64,000 nt of DNA, from positions 1 through 64,000 of the forward strand of contig CAVQJC010000014.1 of assembly GCA_963712745.1 (NCBI GenBank). The letters run 5' to 3'. This document shows, piece by piece, positions 1 to 10,990 of this stretch. The number at the start of each line of letters is the position of its first letter. Positions within the stretch are counted from its first letter, which is position 1. Below the pieces are notes generated by a model. That model was not told the DNA's origin. It was given only the letters and a program-made list of their open reading frames with translations, and made no database searches. This DNA comes from an uncultured Chloroflexia bacterium. Its GTDB lineage: Bacteria; Chloroflexota; Limnocylindria; Limnocylindrales; CSP1-4. The translations under genes were made by a program, and so were the position numbers.

Positions 1-248
1 TGAACACGATTACTTCCTTCGGGAAGGTGCCGGACCCGAGTCGTCCGCGGTCAACGAGCCCGACGTCGCGCAGGCCAAGGGCAACCGCGAGCCGCGAGGC
101 GACCGTCTCGGAGTCTGGCCAAGTGAAGGAGCCCGAGGCGTGGGCATCGTATTGCGTCCGCATGATCATGTCGTTCAAGCGAGCCCCAAGACTCGCAGTT
201 GAGTGATGGCCCGTTCGGCGAAGATCGGTAGGTCACGAAGCGCCTTGG

Positions 249-1148
249 CTACCCATGGAGTACCGAATGGTGCCCGACCCAGTCCATCGCAGCGATGAGG
301 TTGAGGACTCGTCCGGCGAGTGCGGCCTGCTGTACCTCCGCACAACCCGCGTCATCCTTCGAACTCTGGCGGCAGTAGAGCTCGAGTCGGTCCGGGACGG
401 CTGCTGCCTTGTAGCTCAAGCCTGCAAGATCAGGTGAAGGCGAGCCCCAACTGCATGTCTCCCAGTCGATCGGAACCAGGGTAATCGCGTCCTCCACGAC
501 GGTGACCAGGATGTTCTTGGGCTGCAGATCACCGTGGACAAGCGTTGGTGGGAGGCTACTCGCTAGGCGATCCAGCTCCGACCACCGCGCGTGGAGCATG
601 CCGAGCACATCATCGACCCGATCCAGCCGGGCGCGACCTTCCTCATCGACCGACTTGTGTCTGAGCCCGGTCTCCACCCACGACTTGGCCCCGCCCAGAT
701 GCCTCGCGTAGCGTCCAACGCTATCGCGTGGAATGCCCTTCGGCGCCTGGCCGGTGAAGGTTGATCTACATGCGTCAGCCACGAATGAGCGCCAAGACAC
801 GCCCCGTATCATCAGGCTCGAACCTGACCGACCCCATATCCTCGAGGAAGATCAGGTGAAATCACCCTTCTCTGAGACGCCGAACTCTCGCGGAAAGGCG
901 AATGGCATCTTGGGCCGAAGCGTGCTGTAAACGGTTCGCTCCACGAGCACGTCTCGTGTTCGCCGCTTCTTGGCGATGATGGACTCGCCTCGCGGTCCCG
1001 CTCCGAGTAGCCGATAGACATGTGACGCCGAAGTCTCCTTCAGTATCGCCGCCTCCAAGGGCAGTGCCTGCAAGCCGCTCAGACGTGACCATTCGTCCCT
1101 CGCCTCGGCAACATGCGAAGGACTCGCGGCTCGGTCGTCATCGGTCAT
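249..1148 (-). CDS. Aminoglycoside/choline phosphotransferase (APH-like kinase) family protein, frameshifted
   Basis: Brenner motif LVHGDLQPKNILV and IDWE in ORF 249..812; N-terminal part (SHVYRLLGAGPRGESIIAK) in ORF 852..1214. Both ends uncertain. Confidence 0.7.
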
Positions 1149-1210
1149 CGGTGCCCTCTGTGGCGCGCGTCCCGGCCGGAGCGATGGCGACTGGGACGTG
1201 CTGCGAGTCA

Positions 1211-3051
1211 TCACAGTGCGACGCTCATCCGATGTGCATCGGACATCGCCTGCTCATGGAGACTCGCCTGGAGATCTCCAGCCACTGGGCGGCTCCGGCG
1301 TCGAGCCGAACGACCATGTCGCAGTGCTCGAGTGTGCGTCAGCCGATGCGCGATCATCAGTGTCGTGCGTCCTTTCATCAGCCGCTCCATCGCCTCCATG
1401 ATCGCCGCTTCCGTGTGTGATGTCGACTGCACTGGTCGGCTCGTCAAGGATCAGGATGGGCGCGTCCTTCAGGAACGCCCTGGCAATCGAGATACGCTGA
1501 CGTTCTCCGCCCGACAGACGCATGCCGCGCTCGCCCACGCGTGTGTCGTAGCCGTCTGCGAGCCCCTGGATGAATTCGTGGACTCAGCTGCGCGCGCCGC
1601 GGCCTCGATCTCCCGTAGCGACGCGTCAGGCCGTAGCGTAGGCGATGTTCTCCCAGACGCTGGTCGAGAAGAGGACTGGCTCCTGTAGGACGATCGCGAA
1701 CTGACTCCGCAGGTCGGCCAGTCGGTACTCGCGCAGGTCGACCCCGTCCAGGAGGATGCGATCCCGACGTCGGATCGTAGAAACGGCTCACCAGGCTCAC
1801 CAAGGTCGTCTTCCCAGCACCAGTCGTTCCCGCGATGCCCAGCTTCGTACCTGGCTCCAAGACCAACGAGAGTCCGGAAAGCACCGCCGAGACTCCCCTT
1901 CGTAGCTGAACGAGACGTCGCGGAACTCAAGGCGTCCCAGCGCTCGCTTCAGAGGCTCGCCCGTGAGGCGCATCCGGGACATCGGAGGGCGACGTCCAGC
2001 AGTTCGAGCGCGCGATCGGCACTCGCGAGTGCGTTCTGGATGCTTCCTGCTTCGGCGGGCCAGGGTTCGAAGAGGCTCGTACATCATCGCCGACGTACCC
2101 CAGGACGAGTAGCAGGTCCCCGAGCGTGAGAGCGCCATCGATCACGAGTCTGGCGCCCACGAAGAGCGTCGAGTGCCGTCCCGCTCGCGATCGTCAATCC
2201 AAGCAGCAGGCCGAAACACGCTCTCGGTGGTCGCCAGCCGCAGCTTAGCTCGCAGCGCTGTCGCCAGCGTGACGCTCGAACCGTGTCGGCCTCGCGTGCC
2301 TTCCTGACCGAATGCCTTGACCACGCGAATGCTGGTGAGGACCTCCTGGACGACCGAGAAGGCAGAACTCTCAGCCTTCTTGGCGACGTGAGATTGCTCG
2401 ACGAAGTCGCCCGCGGATAGTATCGGGTGAGGATCAACATGAACGGAGCCACGATCAAGGCGACTGCCAGCAACTGCCAGCTGATGCTGGAGGATGATGT
2501 AGAGCATCGCACCGAAGGTCACCGCCGCACCGACCAAGGGAATGGCACCTTCGATGGCGACACGCTGGACAGCCGAGGCGTCGTACTGGATGCGATACGC
2601 CGCGTCGTACGTACCCTTGCGTCGTGGTAGCCGAACGAGAGCCGCTGCACGTGGCGGAACAACATGCTGCGGAAGCGGAGCAGCAGCCTCTCGCCTGTGA
2701 ATAGCGGAGAGCAGATCTGTGGCCAGACTCATGGAGCCGAGAGAGCAGCGACTACGACGACCAGCAGCACCGACGCAAGAAGGAGGTCGAAGGATCGTCG
2801 TGGCCCACGCTGGCAGGATGAGACTCGAGCACTGGAGATAGCGGCTCGTCCCCGAGGACATTGTCGACGACGATCTTCAGCGGCAGGGGCGCGAGCAGCG
2901 CCAGAGGTGTCGCCAGCATCGTCAGGCCGAAGATCGTGCCACGATGTGGACCCAATACGGACGGGCCTCCTCGAACAGGAAGCGGATAGAGCCCGATGTC
3001 GCTGCGGGGCTAGCCTCCGGCTGGGTCGCGGGACTGTTCAGTCTTGCTCAT
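1211..3051 (-). CDS. ABC exporter, fused permease/ATP-binding (MsbA-like), multiple frameshifts
   Basis: Walker [10 protein letters not shown], signature LSGGERQR, Walker [18 protein letters not shown] and TM segments ([22 protein letters not shown]) spread across several frames. Confidence 0.8.
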
Positions 3052-5638
3052 GGCGAGCTCATCGGCCGGCAACAGGTGAAGGCCGCTCGACGCGTCGATC
3101 TGCGGCGCGCCAGCAGGACGACCACAGCTACAGGACGCAAAGCGACGCCAGCCAGCGATCCGATCCGTGCGTCGAAGCGCCCACCCGCGCCGAAGCGGAA
3201 GTGCGACAACAGCCGCGACCAGCAGCCGCCAACCGACACCCGCGGCCACACCCTCCACCGCACCATCTGGTTGCCGTGGCCGTGCTCCTCGACCGTGCCG
3301 ATGAGTCGCGCAGACGCGAACGAACCCGTCCGCACCTCGAGGTCCCACGAGTCGTAGTCGCCACCGCGGCGCACCGCAGCACCCGACTCGATGAGCCGCT
3401 CCTCGACGACCCGCAGCCGCGCTTCCATCGACTGCCACTCCTCGCTCCACTCCTCCAGGCGGATGACGCGCGGGAAGGTGAAGCCCTTCGCGCCACGACG
3501 ACGGAACGGCGTGAGTCCACCGGCGATCCGGCCCCGGGTGCGGTAGAGCGACTGGCCCAGCACCAGCCCGGCCAGCAGCACCACCCGCCGCAGGAACACG
3601 CCCGTCGCCAGTCGTTGGTGACGCAGCCCGTCGACGGCCACCGCGAGGCTCATCACCACCGAGGCGCCGCCCATGAGCAGCGCGGCCGGCCAGGCCCACA
3701 GCAGCGGCGACCACGTGAGCCCCACGAGTCCGACCAGCAGCAGCCCGGCGATGGCCATCCACCAGTCGGGCATGAGCGGCGCGAAGGCCAGGTGCGAACC
3801 GCGCTCGTAGATGGACTGGAACGGCGCGCTCCCCCAGCGTGCCGCCGTAGATGCCGGAGTCGAACAGCGGCGCCGGACGAGCGCCCGGCCCGTAGAGCTG
3901 GCCCGGCCAGGTGATGTGTCCCAGGCGGTTGAAGCGTGACGGCCACTTCTGCTCCAGCAGCGCCTCCGCGTAGCCGTAGCCACGCTGCTGCTTGAGGTAG
4001 CCGCGCGCCGTGGTCCGGCGGTGATGCCAGACCATGGCCCCGGCAGAGAAGCCGATGGTGCCGCCGTTCTCCTGGATGCGCCAGCCCACGTCGACGTCGT
4101 CGCCGGCGGTCCGGTAGCGCGTGTCGTAGCCGCCGATGGCCCGCAGCGCCTCGGTCCGATAGGTCGAGTTGCAGCCGGGCACGTGCTCGGCGATGGTGTC
4201 GCTGATGAGCACGTGGTTCGGTCCGCCCGGTGCCAGCGCCACGAGGTCCGCCATCTCGCCGTCGCCGGGCGGCGGCAGGTTCGGCCCGCCTGCCCCATCG
4301 ACGCCGTACTTCATGTACGTCCAGGCGATGTAGCGCAGCCAGTCCGGGTCGGGATAGGCGTCGTCGTCGATGTAGGCGGTGATCTCGCCGGTCGCCTGGC
4401 GCATGCCCTCGTTGCGGGCAGCCGACAGGCCCTTGTTCTCCTGGCTCGTGAGCCGGACGTCGTAGCGCGCGGCGATGGCCGCGGTGTCGTCGGTCGAGCC
4501 ATCGTCGATGACGATGACCTCGTAGTCGGGGTAGTCCTGGACCGCCAGCCCGTCGAGGCAGTCGCCGATGAACTTCGCGCCGTTGTAGCTGCAGCAGACC
4601 ACGGAGATGCGGGGCCACTCGAGATCGTCGCGGGAACGGCACCTCGTCGTAGGCCTCCGACAGCGCGGCCAGGGCCGGCTTGGGCTCGCGCTCCCGCGTG
4701 GTCAGGCCGAAGTCCCAGTCCTCGACGGCCACGCCGCTGCGGGCCCACTCGTCGGTCCAGGCGAACACGAACGTCGCCGGAGCCGCCGGCCGCGAAGGCG
4801 GCCCGCACCTGCGTCGAGACCAGGTGCGCCTGGAACTCGGCGCCCTTGCGCATGGCTGTCCGCCCCCAGCTCGGCGATGACCACGGGCCGGTCGGGCGAG
4901 AGGTTCTGCAGCCGGGCCACGTAGCGCTCGAAGTCCTCGTCGTCCTCCAGGTACACGTTCCACGAGTCGTAGTCGATGCCGCGGACGCGCAGGTACTCGG
5001 TGGAGGGGTAGTTGACGTACGTCACGAGCGCACCCGGGTCGGCCGCGTGGACCGTCGTCGGCCAGACGCTCCAGGAAGGCCTCCACCGCGTGCGCTCCGT
5101 GCCAGCGCACGATGCGCGAGGGGATCTCGTTGCCGATGCTGAAGGCCAGGACGCGCCGGGTGACCCACGCATGGCTGCGAGGCTCGCGACCACCCGCTCA
5201 CGGATCTCTGCGCGGGAGCCCGCGTCTGGTCGAGGAACGTGATGTGCTCCTCCCAGGGCAGGTCGACCGCCACCCACAGACCGTGCTGCGAGCGCGGTGT
5301 CCAGCAGCCAGCGCGGCGGCACCGTGTAGACGCGGATGGCGTTGATGCCGGCGGCCGCCATCTGGGCGAAGTCGGCATCGGCCTTCACCGGGTCGTAGCC
5401 GTCGTCGTCGGGCGCGGACGGCAGGAAGGTGCCGTAGGTGACGCCCTTGACCCACAGCTTCTCGTCGCCCGACGTAGAGGAACCGGCCGGACACGCGCGG
5501 ACGCAGCTCCCCGGCCGGGCGGGGTCGGGACGCGGCCGGACGAGCCGGCCCATGGGCACCGGCGCACGGGCGCTCGCAGGCTTCGTCGTCCGGCTCGCGC
5601 TCGCCACGCGCACCTCGAGCCTCGGTCATGATGCGCAC
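3048..5638 (-). CDS. Fusion of GH2-like TIM-barrel domain, GT2 glycosyltransferase and C-terminal membrane region, frameshifted
   Basis: KLWVKGVTYGTF, INAIRVYTVPP, VTYVNYPSTEYL and FAWTDEW in the N-half; VCCSYNG, IDDGSTD, YIDDD, GDDVD and QQRGYG (GT2) in the C-half. Confidence 0.8.
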
Positions 5639-5640
5639 CC

Positions 5641-6617
5641 ATGAACGTACTCGTCACCGGCGGCGCCGGCTACATCGGATCCCACACCGTGCGCGAGCTG
5701 CTCGCCCGCGGCCATCGCGTCGTCGTCTACGACCTCGAGCCGATCGACCCCGACGGCCCCATCGCGGCGGCGACCAGCGTCGTCGGCGACGTGGCCGAGA
5801 CCGAACGCCTGGCGGCCCTCCTGCGCGACGAGGCCATCGACGGCGTCATCCACTTCGCCGGTCGCAAGTTCGTGGCCGAGGCCATGCGCGATCCCGGCCG
5901 CTACTTCCGCGTCAACGTGGCCGGCTCGCTGTCCGTGCTCGAGGCCATGGTGGCGGCCGGCACGTCGCTCATCGTCTTCAGCTCCAGCTGCACCGTCTAC
6001 GGCACACCCGAGACCAATCCGGCCACCGAGGACATGCCGCTGCAGCCGGAGAACCCGTACGGCACGAGCAAGATGATGGTCGAGCAGATGCTCGAGTGGT
6101 ACGGCCGCATCCACGGCGTCCGCTCGCTGAGCCTGCGCTACTTCAACGCCGCCGGCGCCTCCTTCGACGCCGCCCTCGGCGAGCACTTCGACAAGACGCT
6201 GATGCTCATCCCCATGCTCATGCAGGCCACGCTGGGCCTGCGCGAGCCGCTCGACATCTACGGCACCGACTACCCCACGCCCGACGGCACGGCCATCCGC
6301 GACTACATCCACGTGGTGGACCTCGCGGACGCGCACATCCGCGCGCTGGAGGCAGGCGCCGCGCCAGGAGGGCGCGGCGGTGCTCAACCTGGGCACCGGC
6401 GTGGGCTCCTCGGTGAAGGAGGTCATCGGGCTCATCGAGGAGGTCACGGGCCGCCAGGTGCCGGTGCGCTGGGCCGACCGCCGCCCCGGTGACGCGGTGG
6501 CGGTGTGGGCGGACCCGACGCAGCGCCAGGCGCGGCTCGGCTGGGAGGCCCGAGCACGACCTGCGGGCCATGGTGGAGAGCGCGTGGGAGTGGCATTCGT
6601 CTCATCTGGGGGAGTGA
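5641..6617 (+). CDS. galE: UDP-glucose 4-epimerase (frameshifts near 3' end)
   Basis: MNVLVTGGAGYIGSH, YGTSK (YxxxK), LRYFNAAGA, DGTAIRDYIHVVDLADAH, NLGTGVG, RRPGD; ends AWEWHSSHLGE-stop. Confidence 0.9.
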
Positions 6618-6643
6618 TCGATGGAGGACCGCCGGGTCTCAGG

Positions 6644-7660
6644 TCAAACCGCAGCGATCGCGCCGTCGATGGGGATGACCACGCGACCGTGTCTGCACCA
6701 TTCGTACGGGCCCGTTCTCGCACCTCCGCAGACTTGAAGGCCTCGATGGTCAGGCCGATACCATCGCGCAGTGGACGCGCGGCTCCCACCCGTAGCGGTC
6801 GACTGGATCTTGTCGATGATCGGACGGCGCCGCTCGGGATCGCCCGGTCGGGCACTGGTGAAGTGCAGCTCGCTCGAGCTGCCGGTGGCCTCGAGGATGT
6901 GTTCGGCCAGCTCGCGGCACGGTGATCTCGTGCGGATTGCCGAGGTTGAAGACCTCGCCGTCGATGTCGCGCGTCCATGATGACGTGGCTCGAGTCCCGC
7001 GACGAGGTCGGAGACGTAGCAGAAGCTGCGCGTCTGGCTGCCGTTGCCGTGGACGGTCAGCGGCCGACCCGCGAGCGCCGCCGACACCATCTCCGGGATG
7101 ACGCGACCGTCGTCGCGGCGCATCGCAGGCCCGTAGGTGTTGAAGAGGCGCACGATGTTGGCCTGCGACGCCCGATTCGCGCCGGGAGGCGAAGAGCAGC
7201 GCCTCGCCGAAGCGCTTGGCCTCGTCGTAGCAGGAGCGCGGTCCGATCGGGTCCACGTTGCCCCAGTAGGTCTCCGGCTGGGGGTGGACCAGCGGATCGC
7301 CGTAGACCTCCGACGTCGAGACGAACAACAGACGCGCGCCGACGTTGCGTGGCGACATCGAGCAAGCGGTACATGCCCAGGGCGTTGGCGCGCATGGTGT
7401 GGACCGGCATGCGGTCGTAGTCGACCGGGCTGGCCGGCGACGCCAGGTGGGCGATGACATCGACGTGGATGCGCCGGCGTGTGGGCCACGTCCGCGCTCG
7501 ATGAACTCGAACCGCGGGTCGCCGAGCAGGTCGGCGACGTTGTCGACGCTGCCCGGTCGAGAGGTCGTCCACGACGACGACATGGTGTCCCTGCCGTCGA
7601 GCAGGCCCGGCTGAGGTGGCTGCCGACGAAGCCGGCACCACCGGCGACCATGACCTTCAT
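6644..7660 (-). CDS. UDP-glucuronate decarboxylase (UDP-xylose synthase)-like NAD-dependent epimerase, frameshifted
   Basis: [80 protein letters not shown]. Confidence 0.88.
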   Translation of the reverse strand: MKVMVAGGAGFVGSHLSRACSTAGTPCRRRGRPLDRAASTTSPTCSATRGSSSSSADVAHTPAHPRRCHRPPGVAGQPGRLRPHAGPHHARQRPGHVPLARCRHATSARVCCSSRRRRSTAIRWSTPSRRPTGATWTRSDRAPATTRPSASARRCSSPPGANRASQANIVRLFNTYGPAMRRDDGRVIPEMVSAALAGRPLTVHGNGSQTRSFCYVSDLVAGLEPRHHGRATSTARSSTSAIRTRSPCRELAEHILEATGSSSELHFTSARPGDPERRRPIIDKIQSTATGGSRASTARWYRPDHRGLQVCGGARTGPYEWCRHGRVVIPIDGAIAAV

Positions 7661-9024
7661 ACGAGGGCCTCCGCTCGGTGGTGCGGCTCCGTCCGCGACC
7701 GACGCCGAGGTAGCGCAGGCCCGACGTGACGGCAGTCGTCGGGATCGAGCATGTTGCGGCCGTCGAGGACCAGGTCGCCGCGCATCCGCGCCACGACCTC
7801 CCCCAGCGGTACCGTCGGCGAACTCGCGCCAGTCGGTCAGGATGGCGAGGGCGTCGGCGTCGTCGACGGCGTCGAGCCGCCGTCGGGCACGAGCTCCACG
7901 TGCAGCCGCGGCGGCAGCATGCTCTGCGGTCGGCTGCGACGGGTCGAAGGCGACGACCTCCGCGCCTTCGTTGACCAGCAGCTGGACCACCTCGGTGGCC
8001 GGCGATTGGCGTGTGTCCTCCGTGTCGCCCTTGAAGGTCAGGCCCCAGACGGCGATGCGCTTGCGGTCGAGCGAGCCCAGCGCCTCGCGCAGCCGGCGGA
8101 CGGTCCGCGTGCGGGCGTAGTCGTTGACCTGCTGGACCGCGCTAAGGAACGGCGTGGGAACACCGGTGGCCTCACCCATGTAGCGCAGGGCCGCGGTGTC
8201 CTTGGGCAGGCAGCTGCCGCCGTAGCCGATGCCGGGGCGGAAGAAGTGACTGCCGATGCGATCGTCCTGGGCCACGCCGTCCACGACCTCGTCGACGTCG
8301 ACGCCCATCGGACTCGCACAGCTGGGCGATCTCGTTGATGAAGGAGATGCGCGTGGCGAGGAAGGTGTTGGCGACGTACTTGATCATCTCCGCCGTCCGG
8401 CGGGTGGTCAGCACCACCTCGCCCGGCAGGCCGCGATAGAGGTCGGCCACCGCCTGCGGCATCGTCGTGGGTCCGCGGCACCAACGACGATGCGGTTGGG
8501 CTCGAAGAAGTCACGGACCGCGCGACCCTGCTGCAGGAACTCGGGGTTGGAGACGATCGATCGGCTGCGCGTGACCTTCGCGGGTCTCACGGCAGAGGAT
8601 GGTCTCGAGCATGTCGCCGGTGCCGATCGGTGAGGTCGACTTGTTGACGACGATCGGTCCGGTGCCGTTCAGCGAGCGAGCCACCGAGTGGGCCGCGGCA
8701 CGGAGGTTGCGCAGGTCGGAAGCTCCGCCCAGCGTCTGGGGCGTGTCGACCGCCAGGAAGATGAACTCGGCCTCGGGGACGGCCTCCTCGTAGTCCGTCG
8801 TGAAGCGGAGCCGCTCGGCGGCGACGCCTTCGGCGATGAGCTGGGGCAGGCCGTCCTCCTGGACGCGCAGGACGCCGCGGCCGAGCTCATCGACGAGCTC
8901 GGCGTCCTTGTCGACGCCGGTGACCTGGTGACCGAGGTGCGCGAAGCCGGCGGCCATGACCAGGCCGACATGCCCGCAGCCGACGATCGGCGATCCGACG
9001 AGCGGGTGACCTGCTGACGTCCAC
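7657..9024 (-). CDS. ugd: UDP-glucose 6-dehydrogenase, frameshifted
   Basis: [69 protein letters not shown]. Confidence 0.9.
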
Positions 9025-9106
9025 GTCAAGCGAGAGGTACACGAAGCGAGCCTCCTCTGGCAGTAGTCCAACGATCCGAATCCGATGACTCGGCACGGCA
9101 AAAATC

Positions 9107-9163
9107 GGTTGACAGGCTGTTATCCCGGTTAACGCGGGTTTAACCCGGTTAACAATCTGTTAG
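9107..9163. promoter_or_regulatory. Six helically phased GTT(A) repeats (putative operator array) upstream of ugd
   Basis: GTT at 9108, 9119, 9128, 9138, 9148 and 9159 (spacing 11, 9, 10, 10, 11), including two CCCGGTTAAC copies, in an AT-enriched patch. Confidence 0.55.
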
Positions 9164-9189
9164 AGGAAAGGAAGGACGAAAGGGTTGCA
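9163..9189 (-). promoter_or_regulatory. Putative ECF-sigma promoter (TGCAACC-N16-CCTC) for the ugd operon
   Basis: The same motif, with N17, lies directly upstream of the neighbouring ECF sigma gene. Confidence 0.5.
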
Positions 9190-9380
9190 TCCGATGCCCA
9201 GAAACCTGCCGGAGGGACTCCCGCGGAGCGGCCCTAGGAAGCCTGGAGCTTCTCGGTTTCGCCCTTCTCCTGGGACTTGGCCCTCTGCGCATTGGCCTGA
9301 GCCTTGCCGTCCGGTTCCGGCTGACCGTTCACCGACGAGCTCGCGTCCGTCGGGGACCGACCCTTCGACTCCTGTTCGGG

Positions 9381-10406
9381 CTACTTCTCAGCCTTGCCCG
9401 TGGCCTGGAAACCGCTGCTGGCCTTCGGCTGGGCCTGGGCCTTCGGCTGGGCCTGGTCCTGCTGCCGAGCCTGCGCCTTGGGCTCGGACCTGGGCGGCGT
9501 CGGGGGACCGGCGACCGGACCGGCGCCCGTCCGTGACCTGGCGTCGGCCTGGGACTTCGGCTTGGTCGCGGTCTTGGTCGTGGCCTTCTGTGTCGCGGAC
9601 TTGGCCCTGGCATCGGCTTTGGCCTTGGGTGCCTGGGTCTTGGCCTTCTGTGTCGCGGCGTTGGTCCTGGCCTTCTGAGCCGGCGTCTTGACCTTGGCCT
9701 TCCGTGACTTGGCGTTGGCCTGGGACTTCGTCTTGGCGATCTGCGTCCCGGTCTTGGCCTTGTTTGACTTCATCCTGTCCCGCGCCGCCGTCTTGACCTG
9801 AGCCGCCGGCGCTGCCTTCGAGGCCGACCGGGACTTGCCCGCGCCGACATCGGCCGTCGATGCGGGCTGGTCCTTGGATGTGGCCCTGGCGTTTGCTTGC
9901 GCGGGTGCGTCGACGACTGGCGAGACCGGCCCGGGCGCAGGTTGCTGGATGAGACCGGGGCCGGGTTCCGGGAACGTCACGACCGCTGTCAGCGTCTCGG
10001 GGCGGAACCACGCGTCGGCGGCGACACGGTGCTGAACATCGACTGCGCCATGCGCCCTGCCGGCTCGATGACTTCCGTCGCGACCACGCCGGCGGCGGCT
10101 AGAACGCCGGCACTGCCCACGCTCGCCACGAGTAGAGCGACGCACGACGGTGGTCAGGGCCTGCAGCCGAACCAGCGACGTGGTGCGTGGCGCGGCGGCA
10201 GTCGCGACGTTCTGCCAGAACGTGCGCCAGATGGTGACCGCATCCCCGAACCGGATCGCGGCACGGAAGCGACGCGGAGCAGTGGACGGCGGCTCACGAT
10301 CGATGCGCTGCTGGATGCGCTCGGCGAGCCCGACGGGCGGCACCACCGGCGTCGCTGTGAGATAGCGGTGCAGCAGACTCGACGTCCTGCCGGCTGGCTG
10401 ACTCAT
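9381..10406 (-). CDS. Putative membrane anti-sigma factor with Lys/Ala/Gln-rich low-complexity tail
   Basis: Overlaps the sigma stop codon (ATGA); a hydrophobic helix VALLVASVGSAGVLAAAGVVA sits in an alternative frame near 10080-10140; KAK/QAQ-rich C-terminus. Confidence 0.6.
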   Translation of the reverse strand: MSQPAGRTSSLLHRYLTATPVVPPVGLAERIQQRIDREPPSTAPRRFRAAIRFGDAVTIWRTFWQNVATAAAPRTTSLVRLQALTTVVRRSTRGERGQCRRSSRRRRGRDGSHRAGRAHGAVDVQHRVAADAWFRPETLTAVVTFPEPGPGLIQQPAPGPVSPVVDAPAQANARATSKDQPASTADVGAGKSRSASKAAPAAQVKTAARDRMKSNKAKTGTQIAKTKSQANAKSRKAKVKTPAQKARTNAATQKAKTQAPKAKADARAKSATQKATTKTATKPKSQADARSRTGAGPVAGPPTPPRSEPKAQARQQDQAQPKAQAQPKASSGFQATGKAEK

Positions 10407-10958
10407 GCGGGGCCGTCCTCGAGGATCTCGCGTAGTCGCTTGAGGCCACGATGCAGCTGGGCCTTGACGGTCCCCTCCGGACGCCCGGTCGTCTCGGCGA
10501 TCTCCAGGATCGAGAGCTCCCCGAAGTAGCGCAACGAAACGACGTGACGGTACAGCTCGGGTAGCTGCTGGACCGCAGCCCGAACATGGGCCCGCTCCTC
10601 AGCGTGCATAGCCTCCGCCATCGGGTCGCGGGCCGCATGCGGGATGGACAGGGCTGCGTCGGTCGAGTGGCGTCGTGGCGCGCTCGCCGCCGCGATCGGT
10701 CGGCCGACCGTCGCCAGGCTTCACGAATGGCGATGCGCGTCAGCCAGGCGGCCGGATGGCCGTCACCACGGAACGCACCCAATGCCCGATACGCCAGCAC
10801 GAAGGTCTCCTGCGTCGCCTCTTCCGCATCTTCCACCCGACCGAGCACTCGATAGCACGTTCGGAAGACCCTCGGCGTCTCCCGTTCGACGAGGAACTGG
10901 AAGGCCCTTCGGTCCCCGGCCACGAGGGCCTGGGCGAGGGCGTGGTCGGCCTCGTCAA
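10403..10958 (-). CDS. ECF RNA polymerase sigma-70 factor, frameshifted
   Basis: Region 2 GDRRAFQFLVER...DAEEATQETF...WLTRIA; region 4 LPELYRHVVSLRYFGELSILEIAETTGRPEGTVKAQLHRG. Start is approximate. Confidence 0.88.
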
Positions 10959-10962
10959 GGAT

Positions 10963-10990
10963 GAGGCGTCCGGGGCCCGCAGAGGTTGCA
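10963..10990 (-). promoter_or_regulatory. Putative autoregulatory ECF promoter (TGCAACC-N17-CCTC)
   Basis: Immediately precedes the sigma coding region; an AAC-containing -35 element is typical of ECF promoters. Confidence 0.5.

Noticed and set aside
51-236. 61-aa ORF at the window start
   Set aside because: No motif and in the error-prone region; it may be a frameshifted piece of a neighbouring gene.
3010-9383. Amber recoding (pyrrolysine or alternative code) from in-frame TAGs at 3010 and 9381
   Set aside because: TAG is the normal stop of many intact genes here, no pyl genes are present, and both cases lie in the error-rich zone.
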